From the IMG/VR virus record IMGVR_UViG_3300030372_002840, positions 6,831 through 70,830 of that record: a DNA stretch of 64,000 bases; one strand, 5' to 3'. The translations under genes were made by a program, and so were the position numbers. Under the pieces are notes generated by a model. It did no database searches and was not told where the DNA came from. It saw only the letters and a program-made list of their open reading frames with translations. Source of the stretch: a virus (lineage: Duplodnaviria; Caudoviricetes). Shown piece after piece: positions 49,201 to 58,013 of the stretch (position 1 is its first letter; every line of letters begins with the position of its first letter).

Positions 49201-51219
49201 TTTTATGAATATTATACACAACTAAATCAAAAAATGAGAAGAGATTCTGGATTAGATATTAATAGAACTTTTATAGCTAATAGAAGAGAAGGAGTTATGG
49301 ATACTGTTATAAATAGAGGCTTTAATATGTCTGAACTAGCAGAATCTATATCAAGTGCATTTTTAGTACATTCAGAAGAAGAAACTCATTATGTTACAGA
49401 TGAACACGGTAAACGAATAAGTAGTATTCCTGTTTTATTTATAAATCCTTTAAGAGATTCTAAAAATAATATAGATCCAAGTTTGAAATCTGTAGACTTA
49501 GGACAATCGTTATATTTATTAGCTAATAGTGTATATAACCATAAACATATGTCAGAAATAGAAGCTAATTTATTAACATTATCAGATTATTTAGCTGAAC
49601 TTGGGCATACTACTACAGACAGAGCGGGAAATATTATATATGAAGGTGGAGAACAGGTAACTACAGATGTTACAGATGCTGCTACAACAGATTTATATGA
49701 AACATTCTTAAAGTATTATTTGTATGGGCAAAAAATACAAACAGAAGATAAAGTAGGGCCTGGTGGTATAAGTTTAATTAAGACTGTAAAAACTCTTAAA
49801 TCAATATATTCTGCAAAAGTATTAGGTTTTGCAATTGCACCAGCTATAGCAGCAAGACTTGTGGGTGGAATTAATATGTGGATAGAAACAATAGATGGTT
49901 TTAACTACAACAAAAAACAAATGCGTGCAGCACAAAAAATGTTAGTAACAAATAACAGAGCATTTAATGCATTTGTTAATTATTTTGATCCGTATCAACA
50001 AGGACTAACATGGAAGAAAGCAAATGATTTATCTATGAAATCTGTATCTGGAATGTTAGATTTAAACCATTTATATCTACCATTAAGAGCTGCAGATGAA
50101 AATATGGATGCTATTGTAACCGTGGCTATGGCCATGAATCATGGTATAGATCCTGAAACAGGAAACTTAGAAAGATTAGAAGATTTACCACCAGATACAA
50201 AATCTATGTGGGACTCATTTCAAGAAAATTTAAATGATAACGAACATATTCTTATAAACAATCTTACACAGGATGCATATGAAGATTTTAGGCTAAGGGT
50301 AAAAGAAGTGATGGGAGGAATTAAAGGTGCTATGGATGAACAAAATATTGTTGCCATAGATACATCTTTAATAGGTGATGCATTTATGCACTTTAAAAGC
50401 TGGATGCCTAAATTAGCAGAAGAAAGATTTATGCCAATTGGGTATAATCGTACTTTAAAAGCATTAGAAGAAGGTAGATATATAGGATTTTTTAAAGGAT
50501 CCAGCAGTGGTAGAAACATGATACTTTCTGAAGTAGGATTTAATGCAATACTAAAACATAATGCACAGCGTGGAATAGATGCTATATTAAGTTTAGCTAT
50601 GTTAAGAAAATGGACAACTAATCCAGCAGAAAGATTAAGATTAATAGAAAAAAATAAGTGGGGTCCTGGAGATCAAGCACGGTACGAAAAAAGAGTAGAG
50701 TCTTTAGATGCCGAGTTTGAGGCATGGAAAAAGAATTTGCCTGAAGGAGATCCTGCAAGAAATGTATCTAGAAAACAATTTTTAGCAATGCGTCAAAGAT
50801 CTGTACGACGTACATTAGCAGAGCTTAGAGCTATACTAGGATTAATGGCAGCTGCCGTAGCAATGGGAGTAGGTGTAGGCCCTGATGATGAAAAATGGCA
50901 TCGAAAATCTTGGGCAAGTAGAAAATTACATTTAATACTAACTAGAACAACACAAGAATTAGGATTTATGTTAAATCCTCTTGATATGGCATCTATGCTA
51001 CGTGGAGGTATACCATTAATAGGTTTATTCTCAGACTTAGCAAAAGTTGGTACAAATGGTATAAGTGAAATGGGGGAATTATTAGGAATAATAAAAGAAA
51101 ATCCAAGAGATAAAAGTCCTTTCTTCTATCATACAGTAAAGTTTGTTCCTGGATTTAATCAATTGAATAGAATGGTAGAATTTAACGATGCTGGAATGTT
51201 AGTCCCAGCAGTTCGTTAA
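46201..51219 (+). CDS. Large virion cargo protein with degenerate zincin and PD-(D/E)XK nuclease domain
   Basis: LPEEAAHF...EAMAKVIA; GTVLH...TEVQIYD...AGTIDMVVVYSDGSVAIYDWK...QIGIY; hydrophobic helical C-terminus. Confidence 0.7.
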   Translation: MACKVIYNSSNNVTDVFADNGAPSILWQDLKELVGNGDTAYDNYVRTQTKAFKSLEKTPLDLDVNNEPTIQFVVDNMPPITPVSKEALAVVEEEVVKTDKLDLAMKNFLSQIGVSLKVVDQVTDRDGNPMSSIAIADMLRKVVEIANGKADITTLPEEAAHFLVEILEKTGNPLFNSMYNSVPNYNIYAQTIEDYKDRKDYQGNDHKLRKEAMAKVIAQKVVDKFNVEEDQSTMGRIGRWMDKVIQALKKMFGLNTSFDDAAFELLNVEANKYKNAASEIQSNEIYEQADLGGKEQDRVVNAFKVDHKALRKQMIDKTDIPGLEVIKEFTEGEQLERYVYTDPETGEKKTVTNRTTDDSNRSFIKFVRDILKKDPLQINSTEKSLFTRNQGTVLHGVYQNLVENFASGKAFKHVQLDNVHNEKIRSLDNIKNNTPGFELMPDRGNVYKNASWVNMRAGIRDVLKTIDKKQSEINSKGTAKILTEVQIYDPKEDKAGTIDMVVVYSDGSVAIYDWKNFINPYSDYVTKPGEKAQLIKGFTDAKIDGWNTQIGIYRNMLKKRFNVDNFRELRIIPVHVQFNTPNWKDGDYTPSRKIEALYMGNKGEYGNEFLRQISVAGEKVGYEGIDKLIRKLRKRRDKIQESLRNIKGKRIDLAKTKRSLKTLNDQIQRLIVDKDLLDVLREAGNNAAITSEHAGIMDESDPNFISATVLRNALQDSKMFDVIVAESQDYIDKLVRDLPPKEALDTKAAFNKAAQTVRNHGEVIKQALFNRAIALGEKYDENLKVKPKQLGSWSKLFTQMSQIDHPIFRTAYREINHSFNKTKAITDGIYEDIQKLLKAIEETGMSKEDAYKLMIKDTIKNGKVVSRGLVGKYSAKFLDELEKRKESGKPEDIKWIKDNFKIRENAYDQFIQNKKFIEEQEVINKEAYRTTDAAGKEIIEAKKEKAIDLAMKKWDEKNNVWKHDSAWLNENTFRYLEPKEPSKHFSKEYNALKANPEVFAFYEYYTQLNQKMRRDSGLDINRTFIANRREGVMDTVINRGFNMSELAESISSAFLVHSEEETHYVTDEHGKRISSIPVLFINPLRDSKNNIDPSLKSVDLGQSLYLLANSVYNHKHMSEIEANLLTLSDYLAELGHTTTDRAGNIIYEGGEQVTTDVTDAATTDLYETFLKYYLYGQKIQTEDKVGPGGISLIKTVKTLKSIYSAKVLGFAIAPAIAARLVGGINMWIETIDGFNYNKKQMRAAQKMLVTNNRAFNAFVNYFDPYQQGLTWKKANDLSMKSVSGMLDLNHLYLPLRAADENMDAIVTVAMAMNHGIDPETGNLERLEDLPPDTKSMWDSFQENLNDNEHILINNLTQDAYEDFRLRVKEVMGGIKGAMDEQNIVAIDTSLIGDAFMHFKSWMPKLAEERFMPIGYNRTLKALEEGRYIGFFKGSSSGRNMILSEVGFNAILKHNAQRGIDAILSLAMLRKWTTNPAERLRLIEKNKWGPGDQARYEKRVESLDAEFEAWKKNLPEGDPARNVSRKQFLAMRQRSVRRTLAELRAILGLMAAAVAMGVGVGPDDEKWHRKSWASRKLHLILTRTTQELGFMLNPLDMASMLRGGIPLIGLFSDLAKVGTNGISEMGELLGIIKENPRDKSPFFYHTVKFVPGFNQLNRMVEFNDAGMLVPAVR

Positions 51220-51225
51220 AAATAT

Positions 51226-51600
51226 TTATTTTTTATAGTGATCATTTAAAGCTTTAATGCTGCTTATTGGTCGTCCGTTTATATTAACGTGTCCTCCCAA
51301 CTCTAAAGTTTCTTTAAAGCTTTCATAATCCTCATCAACATCTCTATCCTCAATCGCCATAAGTAACAGCATCAAGTATCCAATTAAATCATTTACTGTA
51401 TCTTCAGTTGCATCGTAAATTCCTTTGTTTTTAATGCGCATTAACTTATCATCTATGCGTGCACATAAAGAGTCAATAGCATTAGCTTGGCTGAAGATGT
51501 TAGCTGGATTCAAGGCGCTGTTACCGTAGGCTTTATTTTTAGATTTTAATAGATCTGTGATTTCTTTAGTTTTTTTATCTAGTTTTTTTGAAAAAGTCAT
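51226..51600 (-). CDS. DUF1599 / nucleotide-modification-associated alpha-helical protein
   Basis: LLKSKNKAYGNS, RIDDKLMRI, EDTVNDLIGY. Confidence 0.7.
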   Translation of the reverse strand: MTFSKKLDKKTKEITDLLKSKNKAYGNSALNPANIFSQANAIDSLCARIDDKLMRIKNKGIYDATEDTVNDLIGYLMLLLMAIEDRDVDEDYESFKETLELGGHVNINGRPISSIKALNDHYKK

Positions 51601-52346
51601 TACAAATAATATTTAGGGTTAAAAATTTCATTAGAATCAATAATACTATATAATTCCGCATCATCATCTAACTTTATATCTAAAGTGTTTTCTAGCATTA
51701 GTTTTCTTTTCTCACTTTTAAATATTATTTGTCCTAATTGACTGGTAATATCTAATCCGTGAAATTTTAATATATCTTCTTTGTATTTAGCTGTTAATTT
51801 TGAATACTCTCCGTTTATAAATTTTTTGTAATTCGTAGTGTGTCTTTTTGGAACATCAAATAAAAACATTATAAATTCCATATTCTCATCAGGAACATAG
51901 CTATCTATATAATTACTAAACTCTTTAACTGCTGCTTCAAATTTATGAAACAAAGGATCTCCACTCCACCTATAAAGTAATGCAATGCATCCTTCATGGT
52001 CAGGGACTCCTATAAAGCAATTAATTAATAAATTATCATAAAAATATAGTTTACGCTCTCCTCCTAACATAGGAAGTGCAAATAATGTTGATTTTGTACG
52101 TTCTGCTATTAAAAGTTCATATAAAATTATATCGCTAACAAAATTCTGTTTAATAATATTAACTTTATAACTTTTGTTTTTAATAGAAATAGTTTGCTCT
52201 AAGGCTATAACTTTGTCGTCAGGGAGCTCTAGAGAAACTATTTTATTTTTATACTTATGAACCTTAATAGACCTAGTACCACCAGTAACTTTTATAGTTC
52301 TAGCATTAGTAGGGTTTAAGATAATTTTGTCACATTTAACTGCCAT
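51600..52346 (-). CDS. Conserved crAss-like hypothetical protein
   Basis: FALPML...LLYRWS...MFLFDVP...KFINGEYSK...LDDDAELYS C-terminal region resembles a family recurrent in Bacteroidota phages. Confidence 0.5.
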   Translation of the reverse strand: MAVKCDKIILNPTNARTIKVTGGTRSIKVHKYKNKIVSLELPDDKVIALEQTISIKNKSYKVNIIKQNFVSDIILYELLIAERTKSTLFALPMLGGERKLYFYDNLLINCFIGVPDHEGCIALLYRWSGDPLFHKFEAAVKEFSNYIDSYVPDENMEFIMFLFDVPKRHTTNYKKFINGEYSKLTAKYKEDILKFHGLDITSQLGQIIFKSEKRKLMLENTLDIKLDDDAELYSIIDSNEIFNPKYYL

Positions 52347-53112
52347 AAGTAATATTTAAGTGTTTTATATCATTAACAACAAGTGAACCTGCTAAGTCCA
52401 CACCAATAGCATTTTTGACTTGATCGTAAGTTTTTAAGATATGTACAAGTTTGAATGTTTCAGTAAATTTACAAACTCCTTCATAGTATCCAAATTTTTC
52501 TACGTATTTCTCAATAGCTATCTTCTCAAAACCGGACCTAGCTTTCTTTAAAAGTTTATCTGCAGTTTTTGGTCCCAATTTAGGGATACCAACTATACCA
52601 TCTGTAGCATCACCCATTAATGTTTGTTTCCAAAGGAATCGATTAGCTTCTAACTTTGAAGTCTTTACAAATTCATTTGTTCTAAAATTAAAATGTGTGC
52701 CTGCTACTTGATATAGTACATCCTTGTCAGGACTGCATATAATAGTTCCGCTTGGTTTTGAATGTACTGCAACAAGATCATCGGCTTCAAGTCCAGAGAC
52801 ATGCTCCATTTTCCAATCTTGCTGTACATATTCTCGTAAAGCATAAAATATAGGAGGTTTAGAACCACCTTTTCTATTATACTTGTAAGATTTAGTTTCT
52901 GCTACTTTATATCTAAAACATTTAGATAATGTTAGAAACCCAGCAAATCTGCTAGTTCCACACATATGTAACATATGAAATAATCTACTATTTATACCTT
53001 GAATAGCCTCTTCTAATGTTGGCTTACCCATTTCGTAATATAATAAACTATCAGCATCTATTAATGCAATTGGGCCATTATCTGGCAATTGCAATACATC
53101 TAGTTCTTCCAT
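52336..53112 (-). CDS. 5'-3' exonuclease (T7 gp6/FEN-like)
   Basis: LIDADSLLY, YKYNR, LEADDLV, SPDKDVLYQ, LMGDATDGIVGIPKLGPKTA; start reassigned to ATG 53112 because the upstream extension lies in a structured element. Confidence 0.88.
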   Translation of the reverse strand: MEELDVLQLPDNGPIALIDADSLLYYEMGKPTLEEAIQGINSRLFHMLHMCGTSRFAGFLTLSKCFRYKVAETKSYKYNRKGGSKPPIFYALREYVQQDWKMEHVSGLEADDLVAVHSKPSGTIICSPDKDVLYQVAGTHFNFRTNEFVKTSKLEANRFLWKQTLMGDATDGIVGIPKLGPKTADKLLKKARSGFEKIAIEKYVEKFGYYEGVCKFTETFKLVHILKTYDQVKNAIGVDLAGSLVVNDIKHLNITYGS

Positions 53113-53125
53113 ATTTTTTAAATTA

Positions 53126-53217
53126 AAGAAAGGGGGGAATGTGGGCATGTGATGCGTTTCAACGGTTATTCACACTTTTCACTAGTAACGCTTGGCCGTT
53201 CACAATTCCCCTTTCTT
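53126..53217 (-). ncRNA. Candidate structured cis-regulatory RNA upstream of the exonuclease
   Basis: 10-bp perfect closing helix AAGAAAGGGG/CCCCUUUCUU plus 6 more bp; inner AACGG/CCGUU and GCGUU/AACGC pairings. Confidence 0.5.
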
Positions 53218-53224
53218 ATTAATA

Positions 53225-54403
53225 TTAAAGCTGAGTTAATTCCGTAACTTCTTTGCTGGTTTTTTCAGATTTCTCTTTATAATCAGCAACAATTTGTTTA
53301 CGCATCTCAGCCCATTCTTCATCTGTTTTAGCTGCATAAGTAGAACTATGATATATAGATCCATTTACACCTGCCAACGAAGAGTGTACAAAATATTGAA
53401 GACATCTAGCTGCACCTGTTTCATCATCAGGTACTGCACCAATATGCATTGGGTCTACAAATATATTATGTATCTCACCACTTATAGAGTCAATATATTC
53501 TAATCCACCAAAGTGAAGACCTTTAACACATGATACACGATCATTAGTGTTAACATAGTCCCAACCAGGTAAACGATGAGTACAACCAACTTTTATAAAG
53601 TGACATGGTTTAGCATAACCATTAGTCCCTTCACAAAAGAAAGCATCACCACTTGAACCCATAATAGCGGGTTGAAATAGTCTATCTTCTACATGTTCTG
53701 GTAATCCATCTGACTCTATTTCACCAGTGTCAACATTAAAAGTTCTTTTGTACCTTGGTACTTCGTGAACTTCACCGTCTTCACTTTCTTGAAATTTAGT
53801 CATGATTTCAGTAGATACTTTATATCCATTTAATAAACCTTCTTTGGTTATCTTCATTTGATACATAGTAGCTCTTCTTTCAGCAACTTCTTCGCTTAGG
53901 CCTTTCTCTTCCATTAATTCTTTCTTTAATGTAGGGTGAACATACCTAAGATTAATATAGTTAAAGAATCTTTCGCAAAATTCTTTTCCCCAGCCTTTCT
54001 TCATTTTAGTGCGAAGAACAGGGTTTCTTAACCATCTAGTCCACATTTTAACTAGCGGCATAAAATCTAATCCTTTGTCCATAGACTCATAGATTCTTTC
54101 TACCAATGCTTCTGGCATAGGTATAGACGATACTACACCATTATGTTGTAAGAAGAACTCACCTGTACTTTTATTTACATGAATGTGTTCACACTTATCT
54201 TGAACGGTTTTAGTATAATCTTGAATAGTCAAAGGCTCAAAAGTGTCTATTATACTTTTATATGCCTCCATAGTTTGAGCTTCATTAGCTTTATCAGCAA
54301 GCTCTAACATTTTTGCATAGACTTCTTTGTTGAAGTCTACGCAAAATGTCTTATCTCCATAAGATCCTGAGATCTTATCATCAATTACATTTATTGAAAT
54401 CAT
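53225..54403 (-). CDS. rIIB: rIIB-like protein
   Basis: WTRWLRNP, KVGCTHRLP, CVKGLHFGGLEY, FVDPMHIGAVPDD...RCLQY; ATGA-coupled downstream of rIIA. Confidence 0.75.
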   Translation of the reverse strand: MISINVIDDKISGSYGDKTFCVDFNKEVYAKMLELADKANEAQTMEAYKSIIDTFEPLTIQDYTKTVQDKCEHIHVNKSTGEFFLQHNGVVSSIPMPEALVERIYESMDKGLDFMPLVKMWTRWLRNPVLRTKMKKGWGKEFCERFFNYINLRYVHPTLKKELMEEKGLSEEVAERRATMYQMKITKEGLLNGYKVSTEIMTKFQESEDGEVHEVPRYKRTFNVDTGEIESDGLPEHVEDRLFQPAIMGSSGDAFFCEGTNGYAKPCHFIKVGCTHRLPGWDYVNTNDRVSCVKGLHFGGLEYIDSISGEIHNIFVDPMHIGAVPDDETGAARCLQYFVHSSLAGVNGSIYHSSTYAAKTDEEWAEMRKQIVADYKEKSEKTSKEVTELTQL

Positions 54404-57216
54404 TTGTTATTTTTGTTTAAAATTAATAAATTTATAGGTGGTTTCCAACCTAATCTTTGTTTATATTTAAGATAATCATTTAGCTGTTTTGAATAATCAT
54501 CACCTGTATCAGAATCTTGTATTGAAGATTTAATATCGTCCATTCCATCAAGAAATACAGATATAGGTTCTAAGTATAACAACAAATCTTCATAAGCTAT
54601 AATCATATCTTTATCTATAACACTATTACATGTTACATCTGTAAATACAAACAGCTCTTTAGACTTAGCAGTGATAGCATCTGGGTCATCCTGATTTAAA
54701 GAGTCAAGAAATTTATGAAATTCTATCATTTTATTAAACATCTTCATTTGAGGCTTATCTAACCAATTCTTAATTGAATAAGTTCCTGTTGTAGAATGAC
54801 GATATTCTGTAATTTCTTTATAATTATCATACATCTCTTTATTGACAAGTTTCATCTTTTCCATAAAATCAGCATTTTCAAATCGCATACAATAACCAGT
54901 ATACCATCTTATAATAGCAGGATCTACAGAAACATGATTATCATCAGTAGCTGTATAAAAGAATTCATCAATATGCTTACAGTTAGGGTTAGATGCCATA
55001 TGTTTGGCTGTCTTCGCATTAACTCTAAGTAATTGAGGTCTATCCCAATCTAGCTTTTGATTCTTAGTCCAACAATCATTAGGTTCATCACCATAATAAG
55101 ATCTAACAGGAGGATATTCCCAAAAATATACAGGATTATCATCTTGATCATCATAAGCACTTCTATTAGTACTCCATACTTGCTTATGAGTAGGATTCTG
55201 AAGTTCAAGAATATTAGCAGCTAGTATTAATGATCCTTCATCTTCTGTAGTACCATAATATGTAGTAGTTTCAGTATTCATAAGGTCAGAGGTTCTAGGC
55301 TCTACTTTATCCCAAATGTATCCAGATTCGCTTCTACCGCTAGAATAACGACCTTTAGTACATTGACGTAGGGTATATGCTACCATACGCTCTTGTATCT
55401 TACGTCGCTCCTCAGCGCTCATATGAGACATTGCAGCTACTTCCTCTCTTTGTTTAGCTATTTTCTTAAATTCTGTTAACCAGTCATCTTCTACTTCAAT
55501 ATCTTCATAATATTTAACACGACTAGACTTACGAAGTTCAGCAAATAAAGCTTTTACTCTATTTTTTTCTTTAGTATAAGCATCCATTTGCTTCTGTCTG
55601 TCTGTGTCATCAACTATTCCACCTATTGCAGCAATTCTTTCAGTATCAGTACCGTCGTGTTCAGATATAACATATATAGTTTCACCTTCTTGTAGTTTTC
55701 TGATAGCATATGCATCTTTCTTCCAACTATAATTAGTTTCTAGTTCTTTTATATATATATTATGGTCCTTATGTCCAAAACTGTCCCAATTCTCAAGCTT
55801 TTCTCTTTTAACAGTTTCTTTCTTAGTACTCCAATCTTTATCAATCCAAATCTTTTTAATATCTGTCTTTTTACCAAAGACTTTATTAAACTGACCAAAT
55901 TTAAGATCTGTATTACCAGGAAAATGAGGAGATAGCATATCCTTGTCAACTATACTTGATAATTTACCAAGAACAGTATCAGAACCTGCATCATTCATAA
56001 CAGTTCTACACTTATGCATCCAATCTACAACATCAGTTTCTTGCATTTCATTCTGAACAATCTCACTAGCTTCTATACCTGCACGATTAATTAGTTCCTG
56101 CACATACTTCTTAGTAGCTTCATTCCATATAACCTTTTCACGGGACGGAGTTACATCCACACCCTCTTGAAGAACAATTTCTTCACCAGTGTCTGGATCT
56201 CTCATCACTTGTCTCATAGGACATTTAAATGCAATAGCACCCCATAAACCTTCCATCTCTAATTCTCTAAAATTAATATGGCCGTAGTTAATACCTGTAG
56301 TAGCGTTTTCATCTTTTACTATTACAATGTGGGGTCTACTAAATACATAACTGTCAGAAATAATAAGATTCTTAGAGTTATGCAATACTTCAGCATGAAA
56401 GTTTTTTTCATCCTCATCACCATCTTCATCGATGACAGTAAAATTGACATTATCAATATAAAGTAATTGTTCTTCAACAGCATCTTGAAACCGAGAACGA
56501 TTGTGCCTCTTTACTCCAAAACTCACTTCAGTATAGTTATAATTATTTACCTCTTCATAGTATACCTTAGTACCATCTGAAAATATTATAAAAGGATTTT
56601 CTTTACCAGTTTCTAAATTAAACTTAGGTATAATAAAATCTGTTTTATAGTTGTAACAATTACATTTAAACTTTCTACCATTATGTACAGTTTCTATAGT
56701 ATAGAAATCAACGCCTGTTGAGAGTGCGACTTTTGCACCCAGCCCAAATGCGCCAAAATTCTCGCTAGTATTTCTTTTCGTAGAATAACCTAGCTCTAGA
56801 ATTCCTTCCATTCTTCTATCACCTATACCAACACCTTGGTCTTTGACAGTAAATGTATCACAAAAGCCTGTCCCTTTATTCTCTTTGTATAGAAGATAGA
56901 CTTTAGTTTCTGTTGTATTTAAATGTGACAAGTTATAATATGAAAGATCAAAGTTACTATCTACGTAAGCTTCTCCTTCCCGCTTTATATAGTAGTCGTC
57001 GACTTTCTTTGTCCCTTTCAATATTTCTATAGCCATTTCTTTCTCACGTTGAGAGTCACATGCATTTGTAGTTAACTCCCTAACCGTTGATGGGATAGGC
57101 TGAGAATATTGAGAAGCTTGAAGAATATCAAAGACTAGCTTTTCAGCGCCTTTATTTATTTTCTTCTTAACACCCTCTTGTCCTTGGATGTCGCGATCAA
57201 TAGTTTTAATACTCAT
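54400..57216 (-). CDS. rIIA: rIIA-like protein (N-terminal GHKL ATPase)
   Basis: YSQPIPSTVRELTTNACDS, VKDQGVGIG, GYSTKRNTSENFGAFGLGAK, VDVTPSRE. Confidence 0.8.
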   Translation of the reverse strand: MSIKTIDRDIQGQEGVKKKINKGAEKLVFDILQASQYSQPIPSTVRELTTNACDSQREKEMAIEILKGTKKVDDYYIKREGEAYVDSNFDLSYYNLSHLNTTETKVYLLYKENKGTGFCDTFTVKDQGVGIGDRRMEGILELGYSTKRNTSENFGAFGLGAKVALSTGVDFYTIETVHNGRKFKCNCYNYKTDFIIPKFNLETGKENPFIIFSDGTKVYYEEVNNYNYTEVSFGVKRHNRSRFQDAVEEQLLYIDNVNFTVIDEDGDEDEKNFHAEVLHNSKNLIISDSYVFSRPHIVIVKDENATTGINYGHINFRELEMEGLWGAIAFKCPMRQVMRDPDTGEEIVLQEGVDVTPSREKVIWNEATKKYVQELINRAGIEASEIVQNEMQETDVVDWMHKCRTVMNDAGSDTVLGKLSSIVDKDMLSPHFPGNTDLKFGQFNKVFGKKTDIKKIWIDKDWSTKKETVKREKLENWDSFGHKDHNIYIKELETNYSWKKDAYAIRKLQEGETIYVISEHDGTDTERIAAIGGIVDDTDRQKQMDAYTKEKNRVKALFAELRKSSRVKYYEDIEVEDDWLTEFKKIAKQREEVAAMSHMSAEERRKIQERMVAYTLRQCTKGRYSSGRSESGYIWDKVEPRTSDLMNTETTTYYGTTEDEGSLILAANILELQNPTHKQVWSTNRSAYDDQDDNPVYFWEYPPVRSYYGDEPNDCWTKNQKLDWDRPQLLRVNAKTAKHMASNPNCKHIDEFFYTATDDNHVSVDPAIIRWYTGYCMRFENADFMEKMKLVNKEMYDNYKEITEYRHSTTGTYSIKNWLDKPQMKMFNKMIEFHKFLDSLNQDDPDAITAKSKELFVFTDVTCNSVIDKDMIIAYEDLLLYLEPISVFLDGMDDIKSSIQDSDTGDDYSKQLNDYLKYKQRLGWKPPINLLILNKNNK

Positions 57217-57559
57217 TTTTTATAAATTTTAATAGTTTTTTGTAATATTTTTTCTGTTCTGTAACTAGCTCCCATTCCTTTGCAGGATGAATTCTATTTT
57301 TAACAGTATATCCGTAGATATAAGAGGTTGAAGGCAAACCTTCCTGCAACCTTTCTCCATACCAGTCTCTTTGCTTAGAGGTATAAAAGTGATTAGGGAA
57401 TTCCCAATAATATAGTATCCACCCATTAGCTCTATTCTTACGTTGTTTAAATGCTCCCATATAATGACAGCTAGAACCGTAAGATACTCTAATCAAATCG
57501 CCTGGCGTTAACCGCTCTGCCCATTCGTGGACAGGAGTGGTTGACTCCATGTGATTCAT
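57206..57559 (-). CDS. Hypothetical protein
   Basis: 117 aa ORF that fills the operon with small overlaps; no recognised motif. Confidence 0.5.
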   Translation of the reverse strand: MNHMESTTPVHEWAERLTPGDLIRVSYGSSCHYMGAFKQRKNRANGWILYYWEFPNHFYTSKQRDWYGERLQEGLPSTSYIYGYTVKNRIHPAKEWELVTEQKKYYKKLLKFIKNEY

Positions 57560-57560
57560 T

Positions 57561-58013
57561 TCATAAATTTTTAATTATTTCTATAGTTTCGAGTACCTGT
57601 TTTTGATTTTTAGGTACAAAGAGTTTGCAATCAGGATTAGTTTCCATTAAAAGCTTCTTAAACATTTTCCACTTAAGTGGGAATCTGTCATTAGCATAAC
57701 CTTTACATTCTATAATCCAGTCACGTTTAGGGCAAAGAAAGTCAGGCGTATATGTTATTGCTCTAACCTTTTCTTCTCCTCTATTTCTATATCCTTTTGT
57801 TGATTGTTGATAAGCATCTGAAGTATAATAGAATCCATCAAGAAGTGTGTATTTTTCACTTTCGTATTCTTGTTTAATACCAGCTTCTTTTAGCTTTCTA
57901 TAAGTAAATGCTTCTAATTTTGATCTAAATTTTATTCCGTCTACTTCTGTTTTCTTACTCTGTATCTTTCCTTTCTTCCGTTTTCTGGTTTTTGATCTCG
58001 CGTATCTTTTCAT
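57561..58013 (-). CDS. PD-(D/E)XK endonuclease (T7 endonuclease I / Holliday-junction resolvase-like)
   Basis: DGIKFRSKLE, YESEKY, ITYTPDF, IIECKG. Confidence 0.8.
   Translation of the reverse strand: MKRYARSKTRKRKKGKIQSKKTEVDGIKFRSKLEAFTYRKLKEAGIKQEYESEKYTLLDGFYYTSDAYQQSTKGYRNRGEEKVRAITYTPDFLCPKRDWIIECKGYANDRFPLKWKMFKKLLMETNPDCKLFVPKNQKQVLETIEIIKNL

Noticed and set aside
53113-53148. 12-aa N-terminal extension of the exonuclease (MPTFPPFF...)
   Set aside because: It is encoded by the 3' arm of the stem; ATG 53112 has a typical AAAAAAT leader.
53144-53200. HDV-like/theta ribozyme
   Set aside because: The P1/P2 nesting looks similar, but there is no correct L3, P1 does not follow P3 directly, and there is no catalytic C in a J4/2.
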